Numbered from the stretch's first letter, positions 19,376 to 27,942 are shown. The stretch is DNA of 32,000 bases from Dickeya dadantii NCPPB 898 (GCF_000406145.1 NZ_CM001976.1:1495315-1527314); one strand, 5' to 3'. Notes: generated by a model not told the origin, from the sequence alone. Program-made: numbers and translations.

Positions 19376-20188
19376 ATGACGCCGCCGGTGTTGCTGGACA
19401 TTAACCGGCTCGCGGTTTCCGATGCGCGCACAGGCTGCGTCCTGCTCAACGATATTAATCTGACGCTGCATGAACGCTGCTGTACGGCGATTGTGGGGGA
19501 GAGCGGCAGCGGAAAAAGTCTGCTGTGCAAAAGCCTGCTCGGCCTGTTGCCGCCCTGGCTGCGCGTCAGCGGCGAAACGGTTTTTCGAGGCCGCGATTTG
19601 CAACGTCTGTCGTCGACAGCGTGGCTGACTATTCGCGGCAAACAGATGGCGCTAATCATGCAAGATGCCGTCAGCGCGTTTGATCCGCTGTATACGGTGG
19701 GTAACCATCTTGATGAAACGCTAAAACGGCATACGCCGTTGACTGGCGCGCAGCGTCGTGACCGTGCTAATGCGCTGCTGGAAAACGTCGGGCTGCGGGA
19801 TGCGGCTGAATTACTGGCTAAATATCCCCATCAGTTGTCCGGCGGGATGCTGCAACGGGTGATGATTGCCATCGCCTTGGCATCAAAACCGGCGTTGATC
19901 ATTGCGGATGAACCGACCACCTCGCTCGACTGCATTACGCAGTATCAAATCGTGCAGCAGTTTATCCAACTGCAAAAAAGCGGTGATAGCGCCATGCTGT
20001 TTGTTTCTCATGACCTGGCGCTGGTCAGGGCGCTGGCGCAGTACGTGGTGGTGATGAAAGACGGCCGGATCGTTGAGCAGGGGGCAACCGAACGGGTATT
20101 CGCCCACCCCGAACAGGATTATACGCGCGGCCTGATCGAGACGCGCAGACGGTTAAGTCTGGCCTTCAACCAGATCATGGGGAAATAA
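19376..20188 (+). CDS. nikD: Nickel ABC transporter ATP-binding protein NikD-like
   Basis: 270 aa. Walker A GESGSGKSL, signature LSGGMLQRVMIAIAL, Walker B IIADEPTTSLD. Confidence 0.85.
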   Translation: MTPPVLLDINRLAVSDARTGCVLLNDINLTLHERCCTAIVGESGSGKSLLCKSLLGLLPPWLRVSGETVFRGRDLQRLSSTAWLTIRGKQMALIMQDAVSAFDPLYTVGNHLDETLKRHTPLTGAQRRDRANALLENVGLRDAAELLAKYPHQLSGGMLQRVMIAIALASKPALIIADEPTTSLDCITQYQIVQQFIQLQKSGDSAMLFVSHDLALVRALAQYVVVMKDGRIVEQGATERVFAHPEQDYTRGLIETRRRLSLAFNQIMGK

Positions 20189-20191
20189 CGC

Positions 20192-20953
20192 ATGTTGCTT
20201 GATGTTCGGCAGGTTGAAAAAAGCTATTGGGAAAATCGCGGGCATTTTTTCTCGAAAAGAAAACGTACGGTGATAAAAAATGTCTCGTTCTCGCTTGAGC
20301 ACGGCGATTGCCTCGGCATTATCGGCGAAAGCGGTGGCGGAAAAAGTACTCTGGCTCGCCTGATTAGCGGGCTGGAACGGCCCGACCGGGGGACGATATT
20401 ATTAGCGGGCGAGCCGGTCTTCTCCCCCAAAAATAGAAGGCGCCGAATCAGCGCTGTATTTCAGGATTATACCTCTTCAATTAATCCGCTGATGACGGTT
20501 TATCAGGCGCTATCCGAGCCGTTGATGTTGCAGGGAATAATCAGCCGGGCCGAGCGGGATCGTCACAGCAGCGAATTATTAGCGCTGGCCGGTTTAGCGC
20601 CGAAAATACGCGGGCGTTATGTCCATGAATTGTCGGGCGGTCAGATTCAGCGCGTCTGTATTTGCCGGGCGGTGGCGACAAACCCGCAACTGCTTATTCT
20701 GGATGAGGCCATCAGCGCGCTGGATGTGTCCTCGCAGGTGCAGATTCTGGATCTGCTTATCGACCTGAAAAAACGTTTTAACCTTTCCTGCCTGTTTATT
20801 ACGCATGATATTCAGGCGGCGGCGTATCTGTGCAACAACGTGATGTTTTTCCGTGAGGGCGAAATCATTGAAGCCTGCGCGGTTAACGATTTATCCACGG
20901 TGTCCCATCCCTACTCAAACACGTTGCTGCAAGCGGTAATGACCTTTCGCTAA
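20192..20953 (+). CDS. nikE: Nickel ABC transporter ATP-binding protein NikE-like
   Basis: 253 aa. Walker A GESGGGKSTLARL, signature LSGGQIQRVCICRAV, Walker B LILDEAISALD. Confidence 0.85.
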   Translation: MLLDVRQVEKSYWENRGHFFSKRKRTVIKNVSFSLEHGDCLGIIGESGGGKSTLARLISGLERPDRGTILLAGEPVFSPKNRRRRISAVFQDYTSSINPLMTVYQALSEPLMLQGIISRAERDRHSSELLALAGLAPKIRGRYVHELSGGQIQRVCICRAVATNPQLLILDEAISALDVSSQVQILDLLIDLKKRFNLSCLFITHDIQAAAYLCNNVMFFREGEIIEACAVNDLSTVSHPYSNTLLQAVMTFR

Positions 20954-21094
20954 GGCTGATGCCTGCCCAGGGCCGCTTCACCGCGGCATCGCCACGACTC
21001 ACTTTGCCAGAGAATCACCGGACCGGGCGCTGTCCGCTGCGATACGCCGCGTTGGCGTTCCGGGAAGGATAACGTGCGTGCATAAGAATCGAGA

Positions 21095-21148
21095 TTGACA
21101 TTTTGATGCCTAGGCATTAATTTCAATTTCAATTAATGCCTAGTCAGG
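21095..21148 (+). promoter_or_regulatory. Sigma70-type promoter with marO-like operator palindromes upstream of the marR-like gene
   Basis: TTGACA (21095-21100), 17 nt, then TAATTT (21118-21123). The perfect palindrome ATGCCTAGGCAT (21106-21117) sits between -35 and -10. The 12-nt inverted repeat CTAGGCATTAAT (21110-21121) / ATTAATGCCTAG (21132-21143) follows. ATGCCTAG recurs 31 bp downstream at 21137. Confidence 0.5.
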
Positions 21149-21158
21149 TTCTTGTGAG

Positions 21159-21629
21159 ATGAATGAAAAATCCGATGAAATGCTCTACCCGCTTGGCTTG
21201 CTTATCCACCTGGTAAACCAGTTCAAGGATAACCTGCTGAATGACTATTTTGCCGACAGCGACATCACCGCGCCCCAGTTCAAGGTCTTGATGAGTATCT
21301 ATAAAGGCTTCACCAGCCCGGTGGAGGTGAGCAAAAACGTGATGATGGACGGCGGTGCGCTTAGCCGCATGATCGAGCGGATGGTGAAGCGGGAACTGCT
21401 GTTGCGGTTGCCTAACCCCAGTGACAAGCGGCAGGTGATTCTGGCGCTGACGGAAAAAGGGCTGGCGATCCTCCAGCAGTTTGAACGGGAAGGGATGCGG
21501 ATTGTCCTGTCGCAAACCACCGCGCGCCTGACTTATCAGGAAGTGGAACAGCTGATGCAGTTGCTCATCAAAATGTTGCCGGATGAGGTGATAGCGCGCC
21601 ATTCCTCTCACTTAACCTACCCACAATAA
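21159..21629 (+). CDS. MarR-family transcriptional repressor (closest by eye to E. coli MarR itself)
   Basis: 156 aa. PLGLLIHLVNQFKDNLLNDYFADSDITAPQFKVLMSI..LSRMIERMVKRELLLRLPNPSDKRQVILALTEKG parallels E. coli MarR (LGRLIHMVNQKKDRLLNEYLSPLDITAAQFKVLCSI..LPNPNDKRGVLVKLT). Confidence 0.9.
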   Translation: MNEKSDEMLYPLGLLIHLVNQFKDNLLNDYFADSDITAPQFKVLMSIYKGFTSPVEVSKNVMMDGGALSRMIERMVKRELLLRLPNPSDKRQVILALTEKGLAILQQFEREGMRIVLSQTTARLTYQEVEQLMQLLIKMLPDEVIARHSSHLTYPQ

Positions 21630-21643
21630 AGGTCACCGCTTCC

Positions 21644-22822
21644 ATGGATACGACATCCACGCCATCCGCTCCGCGCGTCAGCCGCCGTAAACGTCAATTC
21701 GCCATCCTGCTGCTGGTGTTGCTGGTGGTCGCGGCAGGCAGCGCGGCTTATTACCAGCTTTACCTGCGCTTTTACGAAACCACCGACAATGCCTATGTGG
21801 GCGGCAACCTGATCACGCTGACGCCGCAGGTCGGCGGCACGGTAACCCAGGTCAGCGTGGACGATGGCGACTATGTGGAAAAAGGGCAGTTGCTGGTGCA
21901 GCTTAGCCCAAGCGATACCCTGATCGCGTTGCAGCAATCGGAAGCGCAACTGGCCAGCGTTGTGCGTCAGGTGCGCGGTCTGTACAGCACCGTTGATAAC
22001 TATCAGGCACAGGTCGCGTCCAGACAGGTGGCGTTGCAACAGGCGGTTGGCGACTACAACCGCCGCAAGGGGCTGATGGCAAAGGGTGCCATTTCCGCCG
22101 AGGACCTGGCGCATTATCAGGACGCGGTCAACAGTGCCCGCAGTGCGCTCGACGCGGCCGAACAGGCGCTGCGCACCAATCAGGCGATGGTCGATAATAC
22201 CGTGCTGGACGATCATCCCGAGATTAAAAACGCGGTGGCGGATCTACGCAGTAAGTATCTGGATTGGGCGCGTAGCGCCATCGTCGCGCCGGTCAGCGGC
22301 TATGTCGCCAAACGCGCGGTTCAGGTGGGGATGCGCGTCAGCACTGGCGCTACCCTGATGACGATCGTGCCGCTCGATCAGGTGTGGGTGGACGCCAATT
22401 TCAAAGAAAGCCAGATGCTGCACATGCGGCTGGGGCAGCCGGTAACCCTGACGGCTGATCTCTATGGCGACAAAACGGTATACCACGGCACCATACAGAG
22501 CCTGGGGATCGGCACCGGCAGTGCGTTCTCCCTGCTGCCGGCGCAGAACGCCAGCGGCAACTGGATTAAAATCGTGCAGCGTCTGCCGGTACGCATCGCG
22601 CTGGACCCGGAAGGACTGAAACAGCGCCCGCTGCGTATCGGCCTGTCGATGCAGGCCAGCGTGGATCTGCACAATACGCAGGGCGAACTGCTGCCGGCCG
22701 CACCGATCAGCGCGCCGCGTTATCGCACCGATGTGTACGACGATCCGCTCCGGCAGGCCGATAAACTGGTGGCGAAAATTCTGAGCGACAACAGTCAACC
22801 GCTGGTGAGCTCACATGGCTGA
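21644..22822 (+). CDS. emrA: Multidrug efflux membrane fusion protein, HlyD/EmrA family
   Basis: 392 aa, collinear with E. coli EmrA (ETTDNAYVGGNLITLTPQVGG..VSGYVAKRAVQVGMRV..VWVDANFKESQ..GTGSAFSLLPAQNASGNWIKIVQRLPVRIALD..PLRIGLSM). Confidence 0.9.
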   Translation: MDTTSTPSAPRVSRRKRQFAILLLVLLVVAAGSAAYYQLYLRFYETTDNAYVGGNLITLTPQVGGTVTQVSVDDGDYVEKGQLLVQLSPSDTLIALQQSEAQLASVVRQVRGLYSTVDNYQAQVASRQVALQQAVGDYNRRKGLMAKGAISAEDLAHYQDAVNSARSALDAAEQALRTNQAMVDNTVLDDHPEIKNAVADLRSKYLDWARSAIVAPVSGYVAKRAVQVGMRVSTGATLMTIVPLDQVWVDANFKESQMLHMRLGQPVTLTADLYGDKTVYHGTIQSLGIGTGSAFSLLPAQNASGNWIKIVQRLPVRIALDPEGLKQRPLRIGLSMQASVDLHNTQGELLPAAPISAPRYRTDVYDDPLRQADKLVAKILSDNSQPLVSSHG

Positions 22823-24359
22823 GGCACCGGTGATGAACGATAAAGCCGCTTTTACACCGCCGAATCCGGGACTGGCGACGCTGGCGATATCGCTGGCGAC
22901 CTTCATGCAGGTGCTGGATACCACCATCGCCAATGTGTCGCTGACGACCATCGCCGGCAATCTCGGCGTCAGTTCGGATCAGAGCACCTGGGTGATTACC
23001 TCGTTTGCTGTATGCAACGCCATTTCCCTGCCGCTGACCGGCTGGCTGGCGCGCATCGTCGGTCAGCGGCGGTTATTTATCGTTTCGGTGCTGCTGTTCA
23101 GTCTGGCCTCTTTTCTGTGCGGTTTCTCGCGCAGCATGACCGAGCTGGTTGTTTTCCGTGCCTTGCAGGGCTTTTTCGCCGGGCCGATGTACCCGATGTG
23201 CCAGACGCTGCTGCTGATGATTTTCCCGCCATCGCGCCGCAACATGGCGTTGGCGTTACTGGCGATGGTGACGGTGGTGGGGCCGATTGTCGGTCCGATT
23301 ACCGGTGGGTGGATCACCGACAATTACGCCTGGCCGTGGATTTTTTACATCAACGTACCGATCGGCCTGTTTGCCGCCGGGGTGGTGATGGCACAGCTGC
23401 GCGACTGGCAGGACGCGACGGAGCGCGCCCGCGTCGATTATGTTGGTATCGGGCTACTGGTTCTCGGCGTTGGCCTGTTGCAGGTCGTGCTGGATAAAGG
23501 CAACGACCTGGACTGGTTTGCCTCCACGGATATCGTGACGATGTCGGTGATTTCCGCCATCGCGCTGGTGTCCTTTGTGATCTGGGAGCTGGGAGAGCGC
23601 GAGCCGCTGGTTAACCTGCGGCTGTTCGCCGACCGGAATTTTACTATCGGTACGCTGTCGCTGATGCTCGGCTACGCCGCGTTTTTCGCCATCAACGTGA
23701 TTTTGCCCCAGTGGTTGCAAACCTGGATGGGATACACCTCGACCTGGGCGGGGCTGGCGGCCGCGCCGATGGGGATGTTGCCGATGCTGCTCACGCCGAT
23801 TATCGGCCGTTACGGCAACCGGGTGGACTTGCGCCTGCTTGCCACGTTGTCGTTTGTGATCATGGGGTTGTCGTGCCTGATGCGTGCCCGGTTCACCATT
23901 GATGTCGATTTCATGACGATAGCCGGCGTACAGCTGTTTATGGGGATTGGCGTGGCGTTTTTCTTTGTGCCGCTGACGTCTATTTTGCTGTCGAACCTGC
24001 ACGACAAGGATGTGGCGGAAGGCTCCGGGCTATCGACCTTCCTGCGTGTGCTGGGCGGGGGATTCGCGTCGTCGCTGACCACCTGGATCTGGTCACGTCG
24101 CGAGATCTATCACCACGCGGTGCTGAGCGAAAGTGTGTCCGTCTACAACCCGGCGGCGGTGGATTACCTCAACCAGATGGGCGGCATCGGCCAGACCACG
24201 CTGGCGCAACTGGACAAAACGGTGCAGCAGCAAGCGTGGATGGCGTCCACCATCGACTATTTCTATCTGTTGGGTTGGGGGTTCATGGGGCTGGTGGTGA
24301 TTATTTGGTTCGCCAAACCGCCGTTTACCACAGCAGGGCCGGCCGCCGCCGGACATTAG
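22815..24359 (+). CDS. emrB: DHA2-family MFS multidrug efflux permease, EmrB/QacA type
   Basis: 514 aa, collinear with E. coli EmrB (LATFMQVLDTTIANVSL..IAGNLG..WVITSF..PLTGWLA..WPWIFYINVPIG..VWFAKPPF). The start overlaps the emrA stop by 8 nt (ATGGCTGA). Confidence 0.9.
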   Translation: MAEAPVMNDKAAFTPPNPGLATLAISLATFMQVLDTTIANVSLTTIAGNLGVSSDQSTWVITSFAVCNAISLPLTGWLARIVGQRRLFIVSVLLFSLASFLCGFSRSMTELVVFRALQGFFAGPMYPMCQTLLLMIFPPSRRNMALALLAMVTVVGPIVGPITGGWITDNYAWPWIFYINVPIGLFAAGVVMAQLRDWQDATERARVDYVGIGLLVLGVGLLQVVLDKGNDLDWFASTDIVTMSVISAIALVSFVIWELGEREPLVNLRLFADRNFTIGTLSLMLGYAAFFAINVILPQWLQTWMGYTSTWAGLAAAPMGMLPMLLTPIIGRYGNRVDLRLLATLSFVIMGLSCLMRARFTIDVDFMTIAGVQLFMGIGVAFFFVPLTSILLSNLHDKDVAEGSGLSTFLRVLGGGFASSLTTWIWSRREIYHHAVLSESVSVYNPAAVDYLNQMGGIGQTTLAQLDKTVQQQAWMASTIDYFYLLGWGFMGLVVIIWFAKPPFTTAGPAAAGH

Positions 24360-24432
24360 GCTGTACGACCGCCGATGCCGATTCGGCGGGTGTGTGTGAG
24401 TGTTCCTGGTAGTCAGTAAGGAGGATTTTGCA

Positions 24433-25332
24433 ATGATGTTATCAACGATGCCATCTATGGTGAGATTTACTGCCGATCTGGTTGGCTGGATAGAGAACCA
24501 CCTTGAAAGCCCACTGATGATCAATGACGTCACCGCGAAGTCGGGCTATAGCAAGTGGCATTTGCAGCGCATCTTCAAGAAGGAAACCGGCGTTTCGCTG
24601 GGCTCGTATATTCGCAGCCGGCGGTTGAGCAAAGCGGCGATTGAATTGAAACTGACCAGCCAAACCATCCAGGACGTGGCGTTACGTTATTGTTTTGATT
24701 CCCAGCAGTCGTTTACCCGGACCTTTAAAAAACAGTTCGGGATGTCGCCCGGTCATTATCGCAAAGCGCCAGGTTGGGATTTCTCCGGTCTGCAACCGTC
24801 GTTAGGCGCCAGTGTGGACTGGCTGCCGATTCCCGAAGTGGTTGATCTGCCGGTCGTGCCGACGGATACCTATTTTTTTGAGCATACCCAAAGTATTGAT
24901 GATTTTATTTCGGCGATCGACATCCCGCAAAGAGTAACATTGTGGGAGCGGACAAGCCGCCAATATGGTGGCCCGGATGTGGTTATTTATTTTTTTTCAA
25001 CCTTTATTCCGGACGCGAATCGGGTTAACCGTCATGTGCGGGTGGCGTATCACATTAGCGCCGTCGACCCGCATAACGACGTTGATGCTGACAATGTTTC
25101 AACGCAGACGCCAGCAGCTACGGAACGCTATCTGCGCTTTATGTTTGCCGGAGATATGACGGAATATAAATCGTTTTTGAAAACGATTTATCATCATATT
25201 TTACCCGGCCAGGCTTATACCCGTATGAATGGCGGCGAGCTTGAAGTCATCCGCTGTAAAAAAAGCGCACAGGGCAGGATCGATACCGATTATTTTGAAG
25301 TCGAGTACTATATCCCGTTTGATCGCAAATAA
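24433..25332 (+). CDS. AraC-family regulator of the Rob/MarA/SoxS subfamily with a C-terminal effector-type domain
   Basis: ORF 24400-25332; ATG 24433 follows AGGAGG. The N-terminus (LVGWIENHLESPLMINDVTAKSGYSKWHLQRIFKKETGVSLGSYIRSRRLSKAAIELKLT..FDSQQSFTRTFKKQFGMSPGHYR) parallels E. coli Rob. A ~180-aa C-terminal domain diverges from Rob. Confidence 0.85.
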   Translation: MMLSTMPSMVRFTADLVGWIENHLESPLMINDVTAKSGYSKWHLQRIFKKETGVSLGSYIRSRRLSKAAIELKLTSQTIQDVALRYCFDSQQSFTRTFKKQFGMSPGHYRKAPGWDFSGLQPSLGASVDWLPIPEVVDLPVVPTDTYFFEHTQSIDDFISAIDIPQRVTLWERTSRQYGGPDVVIYFFSTFIPDANRVNRHVRVAYHISAVDPHNDVDADNVSTQTPAATERYLRFMFAGDMTEYKSFLKTIYHHILPGQAYTRMNGGELEVIRCKKSAQGRIDTDYFEVEYYIPFDRK

Positions 25333-25356
25333 GAGTCTATACTCTAAATACTTTAA

Positions 25357-25392
25357 GTTGCAGGACAACACGCTGGCGTGTTGTCCTGCAAC
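25357..25392. terminator. Perfect 17-bp inverted repeat downstream of the rob-like gene (terminator or REP-like hairpin)
   Basis: GTTGCAGGACAACACGC-tg-GCGTGTTGTCCTGCAAC lies 25 nt after the stop. No U-tract on the + strand; TTAAAGTATTT follows it on the - strand. Confidence 0.4.
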
Positions 25393-25632
25393 CTGAAGCA
25401 TGACGGGGATATCCGTTCAGGGCTACTTCACTTACCATTTTGAACCTGGGCAAAGCCCGACATCCTCAACGACTCCCGTGTCCAAACCGGCTGTGCCCAT
25501 GACGATTGTTGCGCGCTCAAGCTCTAATATGGCTACTTTTTCAGCGCGCTGTTTCAGTTTTATCGGATGGTGGCAGACTGAGGTGAAGGTATACTGCATC
25601 GCAGTTTTCGATCACAAAAGAGTAAGCCTGTT

Positions 25633-26118
25633 ATGACATTAATCAAACGTGTAGTGAATACCGTGGGTGTGGTCGCTCTGATGGCGGCCGCGAGTTACGT
25701 TCAGGCGGCAAGCTGGCAGGATTCCCTTTCCAGCGCGGCCAACCAGTTAAGCCAGAACGGTGCGTCATCTGGCAACCTGAGCGGGCTGACCGGCTTGCTG
25801 AATGGCGGAACTCAATCGCTGAGCGCCGGCAGCATGAACAATGCGGCAGGTATTCTGGAATACTGTATGAAACAGAAGCTGGTTGCGGCGACAAATACCG
25901 AAAATATCAAAAACCAGTTGCTGAATAAACTGGGCCTGACCTCTCAACAGGAGCAGCAGAAACAGACCGATTATATGCAAGGGTTGACCGGTCTGTTGAA
26001 TACGGGAGAGGGGAAACAGCTAAACCTGAATACGTTGGGCAATACGCCGCTGGCGGAAAAAGTCAAAACCAAGGCGTGCGACATCGTATTAAAGCAAGGC
26101 GTGAAATTTATTTCCTGA
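25633..26118 (+). CDS. Secreted protein of unknown function, DUF2501/YjjA-like
   Basis: 161 aa. Signal peptide MTLIKRVVNTVGVVALMAAASYVQA. The pattern NAAGILEYCMKQKLV..LLNKLGL..KVKTKACDIVLKQGVKFIS matches what I recall for the DUF2501 family (memory only). Confidence 0.65.
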   Translation: MTLIKRVVNTVGVVALMAAASYVQAASWQDSLSSAANQLSQNGASSGNLSGLTGLLNGGTQSLSAGSMNNAAGILEYCMKQKLVAATNTENIKNQLLNKLGLTSQQEQQKQTDYMQGLTGLLNTGEGKQLNLNTLGNTPLAEKVKTKACDIVLKQGVKFIS

Positions 26119-26259
26119 CGGAAATATCCGACCAGCACGCGGCACTGATAGCGTCTGGTCGGGACAACGAGCGCGCGACATATTACAAAGGTCAGAAGAT
26201 AAATATTCCGGGTGGCGTAGCCGATGCTGTTTAATACCGGGCTGGCACTCTGGTTATGT

Positions 26260-26850
26260 TCAGTGACCGTATTTAAAATTAAAGCCTAACGCATCACCGG
26301 TGGTATCGTACTCGCGGAAGTTATATATCAACGGCTTCCATTTTGATGAGTCGATAGCATCGTTTTGACCCAATAGATGGCTTTCCACCCAGACATTCAG
26401 AATATCAAACTCAACGAGAATAAAACGCCCTTTATCCGTCGTGCTTACGGTTCGGCATTCCGCCTGAATTGGACATTCAACCACCCGCGGCGGTGTAATC
26501 TCCGTCGATTTTTCCGTGTGAAGCCCGGTTTTGGCGAATTTATCGTGGCATACCTGAACGCCCCATTTGATTTGGCTTTCAGATAGCGTATCGCTTCCCG
26601 TCAGCTTACCGATCGCTTCCACTGTCTCCCAAAGATTATAATCAGGGATATTTATGACCGCATCGGAGCCTGACAGTAAATTACTGTACGTTTTGCTGCC
26701 TTTGCTAACCCCGATAATAATTTTATCGCCAAGCGAGATCGAGGAGGATACTGGGGCGATATTACTATTCCCGTTATGGACATCTGTCGTGGTAACAAGA
26801 AAAACCGGGAAGCCGTAATAAAATGAATTTAATTTCACATTCTTCTTCAT
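26260..26850 (-). CDS. Flavin reductase-like (FMN-binding split-barrel) domain protein
   Basis: 196 aa. FYYGFPVFLVTTTD..GNSNIAPVSS..TYSNL..AVINIP..DKFAKTGL..PPRVVECPIQAEC..W.PLIYNFREY fits the flavin-reductase family pattern. The gene is low in GC. Confidence 0.7.
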   Translation of the reverse strand: MKKNVKLNSFYYGFPVFLVTTTDVHNGNSNIAPVSSSISLGDKIIIGVSKGSKTYSNLLSGSDAVINIPDYNLWETVEAIGKLTGSDTLSESQIKWGVQVCHDKFAKTGLHTEKSTEITPPRVVECPIQAECRTVSTTDKGRFILVEFDILNVWVESHLLGQNDAIDSSKWKPLIYNFREYDTTGDALGFNFKYGH

Positions 26851-27165
26851 TTTGCGTAGAACCCATTATTTGAAGGTATATGTGACGTCCATTTCTACTC
26901 TTTTCGATTGCCTTTAACAATAACCACAATTGAGTATTCATAGGGTATGCATGCTTGGTATTAATGATTTCTGTTGTTATTTTTATGAAAAATCCTTGTT
27001 CATTTAATGTGATTTTTTAAGGCGTGACGATTCCTGTCGACTTGCTGTCGATATGGATGACTGAGATGACACGCGCTTATATGCTTCGATGTCTCAGCAT
27101 CGGCTTGTCATGCCTGTTGCGTGACTGTGAAAAATATATAGAAAAAAATAATCCACAAAGCCGAA

Positions 27166-27188
27166 AAGAGGTATATGATATGCATCAT
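27166..27188 (+). promoter_or_regulatory. NsrR-like operator overlapping a TATGAT -10 hexamer upstream of yeaR
   Basis: AAGAGGTATATGATATGCATCAT matches the E. coli NsrR 11-1-11 consensus (AAGATGCATTT-A-AAATACATCTT type) at about 16/23 positions. It lies 51 nt upstream of the yeaR ATG. TATGAT is at 27174-27179. Confidence 0.45.
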
Positions 27189-27238
27189 ATGACTTTATCC
27201 TCCCGCCATTTTTAAACTGGGAAAAATGAGGTTAAAAC

Positions 27239-27571
27239 ATGCAACGAATCGTAATACCAGCTAATTATGTTCATACACGTACCACGCCGTTTTGGACCAA
27301 GGATACGGCACCTGCGTCTATTTGGCAGCGACATCTGGATGCGGGTACCCGACAAGGCGTTTACCCACGTTTATGCGTGATGCAGGGGGCTATCCGTTAT
27401 TACGGCTACGCTGATGAGAACAGCCCCGAACCTGTCGACACGCTGACGATAGAAGCCGGGCAATTCGGTGTATTCCCGCCGGAAAAGTGGCATCGAATAG
27501 AAGCATTATCGGATGATACGTTATTTAACGTTGATTTTTATGTCGATCCAAAAATTCTTATCGAAGGCTGA
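27239..27571 (+). CDS. yeaR: YeaR (DUF1971, TehB N-terminal-like) protein
   Basis: 110 aa. IPANYVHTRTTPFWTKDTAPASIWQRHLDAGTRQGVYPRLCVMQGAIRYYGYADE..IEAGQFGVFPPEKWHRIEALSDDTLFNVDFYV is near-collinear with E. coli YeaR. Confidence 0.9.
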   Translation: MQRIVIPANYVHTRTTPFWTKDTAPASIWQRHLDAGTRQGVYPRLCVMQGAIRYYGYADENSPEPVDTLTIEAGQFGVFPPEKWHRIEALSDDTLFNVDFYVDPKILIEG

Positions 27572-27581
27572 GGTGTTCGTA

Positions 27582-27920
27582 ATGGAAAGCGAAAATAAAG
27601 GGTATTCCTTAGCAATATCTACTCGTGGTAATAGTGAAAAAAAAGAACGGGTTTTTCTTAAACCCATGTCGTTATATGTGCCGGACGTGGCGAATCAGGC
27701 GGTTGCGGCGCTGATTGACGAACTGTCGGAAACTAGCAAGCAGGGTAAAGACTTTTTGCTGACCGTGACCAATAAAAATAATGGCGTGTCAGTGGATAAA
27801 GATTTCGCTACCCTCTCTGAACTGCAAGACCCGGCTATTGCAGCTGATGCTGTCAAAGAACTGATCAATATTGTGCGGGGCTACGAGTCGGACGAGGAAA
27901 CTAACGTTTGCGGTTGGTAG
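27582..27920 (+). CDS. yoaG: YoaG-like (DUF1869) protein, about twice the E. coli length
   Basis: ORF 27513-27920; ATG 27582 lies 6 nt after AGGTG. The C-terminal half (LLTVTNKNNGVSVD..AADAVKELINIVRGYESDEETNVCGW) matches the 60-aa E. coli YoaG. The N-terminal half looks like a diverged second copy. Confidence 0.8.
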   Translation: MESENKGYSLAISTRGNSEKKERVFLKPMSLYVPDVANQAVAALIDELSETSKQGKDFLLTVTNKNNGVSVDKDFATLSELQDPAIAADAVKELINIVRGYESDEETNVCGW

Positions 27921-27942
27921 CATGATGCGTTGATGTAATAAA

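Noticed and set aside
25400-25636. A 78-aa plus-strand ORF between the rob-like and DUF2501-like genes.
   Set aside because: It has no ribosome-binding site and atypical composition, and it ends overlapping the start of the well-supported secreted-protein gene. The region is more likely that gene's promoter and 5' UTR.
27024-27215. A 63-aa ORF upstream of yeaR.
   Set aside because: It begins with GTG and has no Shine-Dalgarno sequence. It spans the predicted yeaR promoter and NsrR site and shows no homology-like features.
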